This document shows positions 1-8,208 of a stretch of 24,000 nucleotides of DNA, piece by piece (positions within the stretch are counted from its first letter, which is position 1; each line of letters opens with the position of its first letter). The notes below the pieces were generated by a model. The model was not told where the DNA came from, ran no database searches, and saw only the letters and a program-made list of their open reading frames with translations. The stretch lies in contig JBEPYO010000001.1 of the NCBI GenBank assembly GCA_041641295.1, positions 879,777 to 903,776 of the forward strand, in the 5' to 3' direction. A program made the position numbers and the translations under genes. Source of the stretch: Nitrososphaerota archaeon (GTDB lineage Archaea > Thermoproteota > Nitrososphaeria_A > Caldarchaeales > Calditenuaceae).

Positions 1-874
1 AGTTGGCGAGCGGGCTCGAGGAGGGTGGGACCTCCCCCATAGGCCGCCTCACACTCTGGGCCTCACGGTCCATAAACCAGACGTTCCTAGAGCCGAGCTC
101 GTCGAGATAGGCAAGGAGGCCGCCTGGACAGTATATCCTCAGCCTCTCGGACCAGATTGGCGCGTCGCCCATCAGAGAAATGCTTGCCACACAGCCGTCA
201 AACCTGGCCGTGATTGCTGCCATAAGTTCTGCGCCCCACCCCTCCTTCGAGGATAAGGTTGCGTAGACCTCGCGGGGTAGCCCGCCCAATATCCAGAGCA
301 CCATGTCTATGATGTGGCTTCCAGAGTCCATGAGGAAGCCCCCGCCGGCGAGCTTCGGGTCAGCCCTCCAAGTCCCCTTCGACAGCCTTGTCCAGTCCTG
401 GGAGAGCTGGTGCTCTATGTATACGGGCCTGCCGAGACCCTCGGGCGAGGCCATCCGCTTGATGTATCCGAATAGACCGTCTGTCCGCCTCTGATACCCT
501 ACAGCCACTACGCGGCCCGACTCCTCAGCAGCCCTCACCACTTCCCGCGCATCCTCCACGCTTGAGACCATGGGCTTCTCGACGAGGACGTGGAGGCCTC
601 TCTTCAGGGCCGCGAGTATCTGCTCCTTGTGGTAGGCGTGGGGCGTGAGTATTAGGACGCCGTCGAGGGCTTCGCGGTCAAGCATCTCGATGTAGTCTGA
701 GTATTCCTTCGCGCCTCCGAGGTGGGGTGCGGCTCCCTTCAGCCTAGCGATAGCTTCCCTGTTCGTGTCGCAGAGGGCGACGACCTCAGCGCCCAGCTCT
801 CCGGTGAGGGACCTAGCGTGGAAGCCGGCTATGCCTCCGCAGCCTATGAAGGCGAGCCTCAGCCTCTCACTCAT
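1..874 (-). CDS. Gfo/Idh/MocA-family oxidoreductase, C-terminus beyond window edge
   Basis: Minus-strand reading from ATG at 874: MSERLRLAFIGCGGIAGFHARSLTGELGAEVVALCDTN... with later ...VLVEKPMVSSVEDAREVV... Rossmann GxGxxG and EKP motifs are typical. The ORF track omits it because it has no stop in the window. Confidence 0.85.
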   Translation of the reverse strand, partial: MSERLRLAFIGCGGIAGFHARSLTGELGAEVVALCDTNREAIARLKGAAPHLGGAKEYSDYIEMLDREALDGVLILTPHAYHKEQILAALKRGLHVLVEKPMVSSVEDAREVVRAAEESGRVVAVGYQRRTDGLFGYIKRMASPEGLGRPVYIEHQLSQDWTRLSKGTWRADPKLAGGGFLMDSGSHIIDMVLWILGGLPREVYATLSSKEGWGAELMAAITARFDGCVASISLMGDAPIWSERLRIYCPGGLLAYLDELGSRNVWFMDREAQSVRRPMGEVPPSSSPLAN

Positions 875-966
875 TGAACCTTCCCTTGGCATTTGTCGCA
901 GACCCTCTTACCCTTAACCATTACCAGCTTCTCAGTCTTCCTGCCGCAGAGCTGGCACCTGGGCAT
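871..966 (-). CDS. 31-aa putative zinc-ribbon microprotein
   Basis: Manual translation: MPRCQLCGRKTEKLVMVKGKRVCDKCQGKVQ*, with two CxxC knuckles. Its stop overlaps the downstream oxidoreductase start (ATGA). Confidence 0.5.
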   Translation of the reverse strand: MPRCQLCGRKTEKLVMVKGKRVCDKCQGKVQ

Positions 967-1009
967 CCCCTCCCCAACACCCCCAAACCCCCCAAAGGCC
1001 TAGCAGGGC

Positions 1010-1840
1010 TTAACCCTTTCTCCAGCCCATGCGGGCGGCCAAGGCCAGCTTACCCACCTGCTCCAGCGAGAGCTCAGCCGGGAACCCTACAAGAAGCCTC
1101 ACACCGCTAGAGGCCAAGCCCGCAATCCTCTCAGCCGCCTCCCCGACACTCCCCACAATCGAGACCCTACAAGCCTCCCGCAGACCCGGAGACCCACCCC
1201 CCAAAGCCCCTACAAGCCTCTTCCTCCGCCGCGCATAGGAGACCAAGACCCTCTCAGCCTCCCCAGATACACCGTCGCCTATGTAGAATGGCGCATAGAC
1301 CGCTACGCCCCTCGGCGATGAGTCGGCGAATCTGCGGGCCTCCTCCTCCACACCCTCGTCAAGTAGGAGGAACGCCGTGCAGCCTAGGCTTCTGCAGATT
1401 CGTCTAGAGACGTTCTCGACATTCTCGGTCCCAAGCAGCATCAGCCTCCCATTCAACACCTCTCCCGCCGCACTACACGCAGACCAGAGGAGCCTGCCAG
1501 GCCTGATGGAGGCCTCCTCGGCGCTCAGGTAGGCTGGGTTCCCCGCAACGATACAGAGCCCCATCGAGTCGCGCCTAGAAAGTATCTCGAGGTAGCGCGG
1601 CAAGAGGCTGCTGAAGTCGCCACGCCTCACCGGGACCGTCGGAACAATAACAGGCCCCCCTACATCCTCGGAGAACCTTGCAGCGGCCTCGACGTCTGCG
1701 GGGTGGAGGTCGTCAACCACCCTCTCAGAGTCCAATACTATAACATCGAAGCCGGTACTAGACGCCGTCTCGACTATGCGGATAAGCTCTTTCCTCTTAG
1801 CCTCGCGGCTTTGACCTAGCATGCTGGGCTTCAGAGCCAA
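1010..1840 (-). CDS. Divergent luciferase-like (LLM/F420-dependent type) protein, uncertain
   Basis: 276-aa ORF. The C-terminal pattern SIVGSVGEAAERIAGLASSGVRLLVGFP resembles the I-G-(T/S)-P-E-E-hydrophobic-A-E-R-I ending of LLM proteins. Confidence 0.5.
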   Translation of the reverse strand: MALKPSMLGQSREAKRKELIRIVETASSTGFDVIVLDSERVVDDLHPADVEAAARFSEDVGGPVIVPTVPVRRGDFSSLLPRYLEILSRRDSMGLCIVAGNPAYLSAEEASIRPGRLLWSACSAAGEVLNGRLMLLGTENVENVSRRICRSLGCTAFLLLDEGVEEEARRFADSSPRGVAVYAPFYIGDGVSGEAERVLVSYARRRKRLVGALGGGSPGLREACRVSIVGSVGEAAERIAGLASSGVRLLVGFPAELSLEQVGKLALAARMGWRKG

Positions 1841-2124
1841 GCCCAGCTGGAACTAGACCACCACTCATGCCTTACCGGTACGTGGCCCCGCACGAGCTTT
1901 TAAGGATTACCGGCCCCGCCCCGCAGCTATCAGCCGCAGACACGCGGCCCACAGCATCCACAGCCCCGACCTCCTCTACCCGCGGCGAATTTTAAGGGCA
2001 TATAGTCATTGATTGTTGGCGCACCTGCTTTTTTAAACCTATCACAATCTTCAGAAGCCGATCACCGGGAAAAAGGGATAGTTGGGGGCTTTGGTCTCTG
2101 GACGGGTCTTGGCGGCCTAGGCGT

Positions 2125-2508
2125 CTAGCCCTTGTACGCTATCGCGTCTATCTCTACAAGAAGCCCCTCGGCAACCATCTTGACTGCGACGGTGGTCCTG
2201 GCTGGCGGCTCCTCTGGGAAGAATTCTCTGTAGACCTCGTTCATGGCCGCGAAGTCCTCCGGCCTCGCGAGGTAGACATTCACCTTCACTACGTCTTTAA
2301 GACTTGCACCCGCGGCCGAGAGTATCTCCCTAATGTTCTCCAAAACCCTCCTCGTCTGCGCCTTCACGTCTCCACCAACCAACTTACCGGTCGCAGGGTC
2401 TATTGCCACCTGTCCTGCCACGAAGATCCATCCACCCGCCTTTATCGCCTGTGAGTAGGGCCCGACTGGGCGGGGTGCTTTCTCGGTGAAGATAACCTCT
2501 CGAGCCAT
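2125..2508 (-). CDS. RidA/YjgF/UK114 family reactive intermediate deaminase
   Basis: 127 aa: [33 protein letters not shown]...[21 protein letters not shown]...ARTTVAV, classic RidA signatures. Confidence 0.95.
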   Translation of the reverse strand: MAREVIFTEKAPRPVGPYSQAIKAGGWIFVAGQVAIDPATGKLVGGDVKAQTRRVLENIREILSAAGASLKDVVKVNVYLARPEDFAAMNEVYREFFPEEPPARTTVAVKMVAEGLLVEIDAIAYKG

Positions 2509-2545
2509 AGCGTATCGGCGATAGTAATTTGTGGGGTGTAATAAA

Positions 2546-3898
2546 CTAACTGCCGCGCCTCTCCTCCTCTACAATCCTGTAGAGGAATTCTGCTATGAGT
2601 GGTGCTAGGCCCAAGTATTCCTCTGCGCTCTTCGGTAAAATCTCGGAGGGCCTGAGTCCCTGCCTCTCCAATAGGGCCTTAACCCGCTCCAAGTAGTCGG
2701 CGCCGCCCACCCCGAGGGCCCTAAGCTCGTCAAGCAGGTCTACACCCCTCAGCCTAGCCCTTATCTGGATGGCCTCGGCGAGGATCTCAGGGTGCCTCTC
2801 CAAGTCCCTCCTAGCCTCATCCCTGTCAACCTCCATTCGCTCGAGGAAGGCTGAGAGGTTCTTGGCTCCGATTAGGAGGTGGGCTAGGGCTACCCCGTAG
2901 TTTCTCTTGATTGTCGAGTCGGAGAGGTCCCGCTGGAGTCTTGAGACTAGGAGTCTGGAGGCGAGGAATGAGAGCATGTTCGAGGCAATCTCTAGGTTTC
3001 CCTCAGCGTTCTCGAGTTCGACTGGGTTGCTCTTCTGCGGCATGGTGGATGAGCCTACGCCGCGCGGCCTCGGGTAGACTATGCCGAGCATTGTCAGGAG
3101 CCAGAGGTCTCTGCAGAGGTCGACGAGGACCATTGAGGCGACTGAGAGCTCGTAGAGGAGGCGTGAGACGTCGTCGTGTGGAATTACCTGCTTCGTCGCG
3201 AGCCAGTGGACGAGGCCCAGCGACTCGACCAGCCTCCTCGAGGCCTCCAGCGCGTCGCTTCCGAAGACCTCTACGAGGCCCGCATAAGTGCCCACGGCTC
3301 CTGAGACCTTCCCCGGCAGCCGCATCTCACTAACCCTCCTGAGACATGTTAAGAGCCTATAGGCGTGGACTGCCAACTCCTTTCCCAGAGTTGTCGGGAC
3401 TGCTGGGCGTCCATGGGTCCGCGCAACAATCGCGGTGAACCTCTCCCTATACGCGGTCTCTACTATGCTTCGCAGAAGCCTCTCTAGGGCTGGGATGATT
3501 GCTGCTGAGATTGCGTCTCTCAGCGCCAGTGAGTGGGCCAGATTATTCACGTCCTCAGAGGTGAGGCCGATGTGTACTAGGTGGCCGACCTCCCTGAGGC
3601 CCTCCCGCTCAAGCCTCTCCCTCAGAAACCGGACCACAGCCTCCACGTCATGCCTCGTCTCAGCCTCAATCGCCTTCACAGCCTCGACGCCGCCCTCATC
3701 GAACCGGGAGACTATCTCGTCGAGCTTGGCTGAGAGCCTCCCTAGCAGGTGGGGTGCAACGCGTTCCGCGACCAGCTTCAGATACTCTGACTCGACCCTG
3801 AGCCTATACTTCATCAGGGCCTCCTCAGAGAAGTATGACTGGAGCTCGGAGACCAGCGCCCTATAGCGCCCGTCGACAGGCGATATCGCCCCTCTCAC
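2546..3898 (-). CDS. purB: Adenylosuccinate lyase
   Basis: 450 aa with SPVDGRY start, ...[15 protein letters not shown]..., and signature [20 protein letters not shown]. Confidence 0.95.
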   Translation of the reverse strand: MRGAISPVDGRYRALVSELQSYFSEEALMKYRLRVESEYLKLVAERVAPHLLGRLSAKLDEIVSRFDEGGVEAVKAIEAETRHDVEAVVRFLRERLEREGLREVGHLVHIGLTSEDVNNLAHSLALRDAISAAIIPALERLLRSIVETAYRERFTAIVARTHGRPAVPTTLGKELAVHAYRLLTCLRRVSEMRLPGKVSGAVGTYAGLVEVFGSDALEASRRLVESLGLVHWLATKQVIPHDDVSRLLYELSVASMVLVDLCRDLWLLTMLGIVYPRPRGVGSSTMPQKSNPVELENAEGNLEIASNMLSFLASRLLVSRLQRDLSDSTIKRNYGVALAHLLIGAKNLSAFLERMEVDRDEARRDLERHPEILAEAIQIRARLRGVDLLDELRALGVGGADYLERVKALLERQGLRPSEILPKSAEEYLGLAPLIAEFLYRIVEEERRGS

Positions 3899-3982
3899 AC
3901 AGTCTAGCTGCAGGATGGAGGCTTAATCCCTTTCCACCTCTCCTCGGGAAGAGTAGATTAAGCCGGCTTAACCACTAATCCC

Positions 3983-4555
3983 GTGCTAACCCCCCTCGAG
4001 AAGGCCCTCCTGGAGGGTGAGCTGGGAGGACAGTCGAGGTGGAGGGCTGGGTATCTCGTAGCAGAGGATTCTGGGGAGGATGGCTCGATAATGCTCACCC
4101 TCTCTGAGGATGTTGGGGAGGGCTTTGCGGGGGTTCACAGGGTCAGGTGTTATCTCGGCAGGTTCCCCCTCAGGGCCGGCACAGTGGGTGGAGCCGTAGT
4201 CAGGCAGCACAGGGGCCCAGACACCCTCAGCCTGATACTGTTCGAGGTCAACAGGGCCCTAGTTGATGGGGGCGCACTAGTCCTCTCGGCAGAGGTCGAC
4301 AACCCTGAGCGGCTGCTTGTTAAGCACGGGTTTGCCCTCATCTCGGAGCACAGACCGGGTGGCGGCGGCTTCTCGGTAACCTTCTCGAGGAAGGCATGGA
4401 GAAAATATCTAGGCGACGCATGCCCGAGATGTGGCAGCACCCACATACTCCCACTAATCCCGCCCGACGCAAACGTCAGGAAGATCTGGACACTATACTG
4501 CTCCTCCTGCTCCTATAACTGGAGCGTCGAGGAGCCGATAACCGAGTGGATTTAG
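3983..4555 (+). CDS. Hypothetical protein with C-terminal zinc ribbon
   Basis: 190 aa; C-terminal CPRCGSTHILPLIPPDANVRKIWTLYCSSCSYNW (CxxC...CxxC). Confidence 0.7.
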   Translation: MLTPLEKALLEGELGGQSRWRAGYLVAEDSGEDGSIMLTLSEDVGEGFAGVHRVRCYLGRFPLRAGTVGGAVVRQHRGPDTLSLILFEVNRALVDGGALVLSAEVDNPERLLVKHGFALISEHRPGGGGFSVTFSRKAWRKYLGDACPRCGSTHILPLIPPDANVRKIWTLYCSSCSYNWSVEEPITEWI

Positions 4556-5105
4556 CCGGAAGATATAGAAGGCCTTCCGACTGGTCTCCGAGGGCTATGC
4601 ATCTGCCTCTGTGGTGGAGTAGGGCGACGTAGGCGCAGGTCGCTGCGTCAACCATGTCTAGGCTCAGGGAGTGGGGCAGCTTGAGTCCAAGCCTCCTCAG
4701 CCCAGATGTGATGGACACCGCTCTCCTCTGGCCGCGCCTCCAGATGCCGAGAACCCTCTGAGCACCGCTCGGAAAAGTCTCAATCACCTCGAATCCCATC
4801 TCTCTGAGGAGCGCTGCAAGCCTCACACCCCTCTCCGCCAAAAGCCTCATAGACGGGAGGGAGACCGGGAAGATCCCAATACCCAGCCTCCTAACCTCCC
4901 TGTCGCAGAGCCTGTAGCCGCGGCCCCAAGCCCCTGAAGGATAGGATAGTGGTGCATCGATAGCCACGCAGGCAGGCGCGCTGGCCCGGGCCAATCCAGC
5001 TATCTCCTCGTCAAGCCAAGCCTCGTAAAAAACCGCCACTAGGCGCGCCGATAAAATGCAGATGGAGGAGGCCCTGCGCGGTGATGCGGTCAGGTCTATG
5101 CCCAT
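4476..5105 (-). CDS. DUF429-like (predicted RNase H-fold) protein
   Basis: Starts MGIDLTASPRRAS; contains CVAIDAPLSYP, FEVIETFPSGAQRVLG and DMVDAATCAYVALLHHRG. The ORF track start at 5135 is probably too early; ATG at 5105 gives MGIDLT. Confidence 0.75.
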   Translation of the reverse strand: MGIDLTASPRRASSICILSARLVAVFYEAWLDEEIAGLARASAPACVAIDAPLSYPSGAWGRGYRLCDREVRRLGIGIFPVSLPSMRLLAERGVRLAALLREMGFEVIETFPSGAQRVLGIWRRGQRRAVSITSGLRRLGLKLPHSLSLDMVDAATCAYVALLHHRGRCIALGDQSEGLLYLPAKSTRLSAPRRSSYRSRRSSIVSRSS

Positions 5106-5197
5106 GAACCGTCTAGGCGTCAAAACCCGCCACACTAGCTTGTCTGGGAAGTTAAACCCTCTCCACGGCCTCTAGCGGCGCGGAGGCATGACTAGTG

Positions 5198-5986
5198 CTA
5201 CAGCTTCCTCAGCACTCTCTCGAGCCACTCGGCCGTAGCGGATATGGCCTTCCACTCCACCTCAGGGCCCGTAAACGTGTGGTCCCCATCCTCAACCACA
5301 AACTTCTCCCGAGGCTCACCGGCCCTATTGTATAGCATGTCCGCGTGGCTCGGAGGGACGACGCTGTCCCTACCACCATGGACTATGAGCAGAGGCCTTG
5401 GAGAGATCTTGGAGACTGCCTCTGATATGCTGTAGGACAGGAGGTCTCGGATGAACCTCATGCTCATCCTATACCCCGATGGCAGGTCTATGTATTCGCC
5501 GGAGGCCGCACCACCCTTTAAGAGGGTCTTCGCGTACTCTGCCAGTGCTAGGAAGTCTGCGGGAGCGCTCCACGTGCAGACAAACCTAATCCTAGGGTCG
5601 CGTGAGGCCCTGACTAGGGAGACCGCGCCACCCATACTCAAGCCCAGCACCCCAATCCTCCCAGCGTCAACGTCAGGCCTCCCTGAGACATAGTCCAGCA
5701 CACTGCCTAGGTCCTCAACCTCGCTTGTAAAAGTCGCCTCACTAAACTCTCCCTCACTCTCGCCCGAGCCATAGAAGTCGAACCGCACCACGAGAAGACC
5801 CCTCCTACAGAACTCCCGGGCAGCCCTCACAAATAGGCGGTGAGCCTCAATCCTATTCCCAGTAAATCCATGGCACATAATGAGGCTGGGGGCTGGGGAA
5901 TGGTTGGGAACGTGGAACATGCAGGCGAGCCTACCCCGAGGCCCCCCCACCCAAACAAACTCCTCCCGCACAACCCAGAGCTGCAC
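5198..5986 (-). CDS. Alpha/beta hydrolase
   Basis: 262 aa: PSLIMCHGFTGNRIEAHRLF...VRFDFYGSGES...GVLGLSMGGAVSLV (GxSxG), ...LIVHGGRDSVVPPSHAD..., VEDGDHTF. Confidence 0.9.
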   Translation of the reverse strand: MQLWVVREEFVWVGGPRGRLACMFHVPNHSPAPSLIMCHGFTGNRIEAHRLFVRAAREFCRRGLLVVRFDFYGSGESEGEFSEATFTSEVEDLGSVLDYVSGRPDVDAGRIGVLGLSMGGAVSLVRASRDPRIRFVCTWSAPADFLALAEYAKTLLKGGAASGEYIDLPSGYRMSMRFIRDLLSYSISEAVSKISPRPLLIVHGGRDSVVPPSHADMLYNRAGEPREKFVVEDGDHTFTGPEVEWKAISATAEWLERVLRKL

Positions 5987-6063
5987 ACCTCAATACAAAT
6001 AGGTTATATACGCTAGGACAGAGATGCCCATCCACCTGACCACCCAGCTGTACCGACGGAGAG

Positions 6064-6099
6064 TGGGGCCGGCCGGATTTGAACCGGCGACCTCCACAT
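6064..6099 (-). other. Isolated 3' half of a tRNA (3' anticodon-stem strand through discriminator A73)
   Basis: Minus strand A-TGTGG-AGGTC-GCCGG-TTCAAAT-CCGGC-CGGCCCC-A: complete T arm, variable region and 3' acceptor strand. I could find no matching 5' half (GGGGCCG) upstream on the same strand up to the next tRNA. Confidence 0.75.
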
Positions 6100-6286
6100 C
6101 TTTGAGTTCTCCATTAAAATATCCATATTCAGTGTCTTTAGCCTTCTGTTGTAGCCTCTATTAATGCTTCGGAGAACTCGCTTCGTTATATCGGGTCTTA
6201 ACCGATGGTCTTTAATAGGCTCAGACTATGATTACTACATAGGCTGAGCTATTGTGTTGTGGTATTTTCGCTCTGGTGCCTATTCC

Positions 6287-6293
6287 TTTATAT
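6287..6293 (+). promoter_or_regulatory. Putative archaeal TATA box
   Basis: TTCCTTTATATC about 20-24 nt upstream of the GC-rich segment beginning GGTCTTAG at 6311. Confidence 0.45.
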
Positions 6294-6310
6294 CTATGGG
6301 TTTGTTTGTT

Positions 6311-6563
6311 GGTCTTAGATAGGCTCATCGGGAGCCCCGCAGCCTGATGGATCGATGAGTCGGGTGGGCCGACGAGACACCATCTCCAGAGGCGGTGGAG
6401 GTGGTGTGGAGTGTGCGTCAGGCTGTAGTAGTAGAGGCGCCCGCTGGTGACGTGTGATGTTAGTTCCACGTCTACAGAAGGCGCTGGGCTCCGCCGCTAG
6501 GCTGAGGCCGCGCGCCCAATAGAAAGACGCGGCTATAGGCCTAGACAGAAAGATTAGACGACC
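6311..6563 (+). ncRNA. Candidate structured non-coding RNA, class unassigned
   Basis: Ends can close GGTC(6311-6314)/GACC(6560-6563). Helix CAGCCTGA(6340-6347)/TCAGGCTG(6418-6425) encloses hairpins GTCGG-GTGGG-CCGAC (6359-6373) and CACCATCTCC/GGAGGTGGTG (6378-6406). Also GGCTC-ATCGG-GAGCC (6322-6336) and CTAGGC(6497-6502)/GCCTAG(6539-6544) around CCGCG/CGCGG. Confidence 0.4.
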
Positions 6564-6596
6564 ATAACCACATACTCTTCCCCCAATTCTCACCCT

Positions 6597-7025
6597 AGCA
6601 TGGGTGACCACCCCACCGTCTTTTTTGGACGGGGTGGCGGGGGGAGGGGTTGGCTGGGCTAGGGGCCTTGGGGCGGTTCGCTTGGACCGACCACGCGCCA
6701 GGGCGGCTCGCTTGGGCTGACGGACGCGTGGAGAGGGACGAGGAATACCGACGACTCCTAAGGGATTGCTGGATGGTTTCAGATGTTACGGTTGATTCTA
6801 AAGGAAGATGGTCTAGGAATTAGGCCCCGATAGGAGGTCCCCTATCTCCGCCGGAGGGGTGTGCTCTCCGGCGGGAGGGGGTGTTATTCCTCCTGTCGGG
6901 GAGTCCCGTCTTTCTGGCGGCCTGGGCCTCCCGGGAAGGCCATGTCTCAGGACATGGCTTTTAGGGTTCCCCAGCACCTTGGGGGTGGGTTGGTGGCTGG
7001 GGATAATAGGGAGCAATATGCTCCC
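6597..7025 (+). other. Dense run of inverted repeats upstream of the LAGLIDADG ORF; structured leader or ncRNA candidate
   Basis: Hairpins include CCACGCG(6691-6697)/CGCGTGG(6725-6731), CTCCGCCGGAG/CTCCGGCGGGAG (6846-6877), GCCATGTC-TCAG-GACATGGC (6939-6958), and GGGAGCA-ATA-TGCTCCC (7009-7025). A 21-nt motif is repeated at 6671-6691 and 6701-6721. Confidence 0.4.
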
Positions 7026-7070
7026 TCCACAAACCCCACGGCCCCTCCTGGTCCCGGGAGGAAGGCCGCC

Positions 7071-8159
7071 ATGGATGGGACGGGGGAGGATAGGATGGAG
7101 AAGACTAGGCGAAGACTAACACCGGAGAAGAGGGCTAGACTCTTAGATGCGTTGAGGAGGGGTGTGGAGAAGGGGTACGGCTACGTTGATGTTTGGAGGG
7201 AGCTGAAGAAAAGCGGGATAGATGTTTCTAGGAAAGCCGTTGAGTACTGGTATTACAAGTGTTTTCCAGAGAGGGTTAGAAGAAGGGGAGAATACCTCCC
7301 AAGAGAACTGAGAATAAGATTGTATGAAGAAGTCAGAGAGCTGAGAAGAAAAGGCCTAGGATACCGGAGAATAAGGAAGAATATCAAAGAACTTTACGGA
7401 GTTACGCTGAACAATGCTGTAATTAGTCATTGGTGTCGTGGAATTCACACACCATACAACGGTGCAAGGATACCCACAATAGACCATCTAGAACCATCCC
7501 CAGAGCTCGCCTATGTTATAGGTGTGGTTGCCGGTGATGGGTGGGTGGTAAAAATAAGCACAAGGAGTGGAGGATATAGGATTGGTGTCAAGGCGAAGGA
7601 CAGAGAGTTCATTGAGGAGTTCGCGAGATGCTTGGGGAAAGTCCTCGGAAGAGAGCCGCCGAAGCCAATAACTGTAGAGGGTGGGAAGCTTGAAGTACGC
7701 GTCCAATCGAAGACACTATATCAGCTTTTACAGAAACCCTTTGACATTGGGATGATAAGACCACTCGCAGAATACTCCGAAGACTGTATACGAAGTTTTC
7801 TGAGAGGATTCTTCGATAGTGAGGGTTCTGTGGATAAAAATAAGGGAGAGATTTGTTGCTATAATACTGATATCAGGCTTCTCGAATACGTCCAGAAACT
7901 ACTAAGGGCTCTAGGCATTGAGACAACGGGGCCGAGAATCAAAGCGAGAAAGGGGTCAATCTATAAAATATGCTATAAAATATGGGAGAGAACAACTGTG
8001 AAGAGAAAGGACGTATATTGCATTGAAGTCAGGGCAAAGGATAGACTAAAATTCTATAGACTGGTAGGGTTCACTATAAAGCGAAAGCAACAAAACCTAG
8101 AAGAACACCTTAAGAAACGCGGACTTCTGGTGACAAGCCACCAACCAACCCTCCCCTAA
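7071..8159 (+). CDS. Free-standing LAGLIDADG homing endonuclease with N-terminal HTH-like region
   Basis: Two dodecapeptide-like motifs: LAYVIGVVAGDGW and IRSFLRGFFDSEG, about 100 aa apart. The N-terminal part is basic and helical. The ORF track begins at 6861, but the first 70 codons cross GC-rich hairpins and look non-coding; ATG 7071 or 7095 is more plausible. Confidence 0.85.
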   Translation: MDGTGEDRMEKTRRRLTPEKRARLLDALRRGVEKGYGYVDVWRELKKSGIDVSRKAVEYWYYKCFPERVRRRGEYLPRELRIRLYEEVRELRRKGLGYRRIRKNIKELYGVTLNNAVISHWCRGIHTPYNGARIPTIDHLEPSPELAYVIGVVAGDGWVVKISTRSGGYRIGVKAKDREFIEEFARCLGKVLGREPPKPITVEGGKLEVRVQSKTLYQLLQKPFDIGMIRPLAEYSEDCIRSFLRGFFDSEGSVDKNKGEICCYNTDIRLLEYVQKLLRALGIETTGPRIKARKGSIYKICYKIWERTTVKRKDVYCIEVRAKDRLKFYRLVGFTIKRKQQNLEEHLKKRGLLVTSHQPTLP

Positions 8160-8208
8160 TCCCTTCCCCCCACTTAATGCCCTCAGACTCATTTGCTCAT
8201 TTGAAAAA

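Noticed and set aside
874-1238. Plus-strand ORFs 874-1110 and 1029-1238
   Set aside because: Proline-rich, low-complexity antisense readings of the microprotein spacer and the LLM-like gene.
2911-3866. ORFs antisense to purB (2911-3333 + and 3435-3866 +)
   Set aside because: They lie entirely opposite a clear purB coding frame. The Arg/Ser-rich composition is typical of shadow ORFs in GC-rich coding DNA.
6188-6240. A second tRNA-like pattern on the minus strand (GTCT...AGAC then ATCGG-TTAAGAC-CCGAT)
   Set aside because: D-arm-like and anticodon-arm-like stems can be drawn, but there is no T loop consensus or matching acceptor stem. Likely coincidence.
6311-7060. RNase P RNA, SRP RNA or 5S rRNA
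   Set aside because: I looked on both strands for the conserved GGAAAGTCC / ACAGAA..GGCTTA elements of RNase P, the GGAAGG-AGCAG-type SRP helix 8 and 5S conserved blocks, and did not find convincing matches. An Infernal scan would be decisive.
6861-7070. N-terminal 70 codons of the long endonuclease ORF
   Set aside because: Low-complexity Gly/Pro/Arg-rich translation over strong hairpins. Internal ATGs at 7071 and 7095 give a more typical start.
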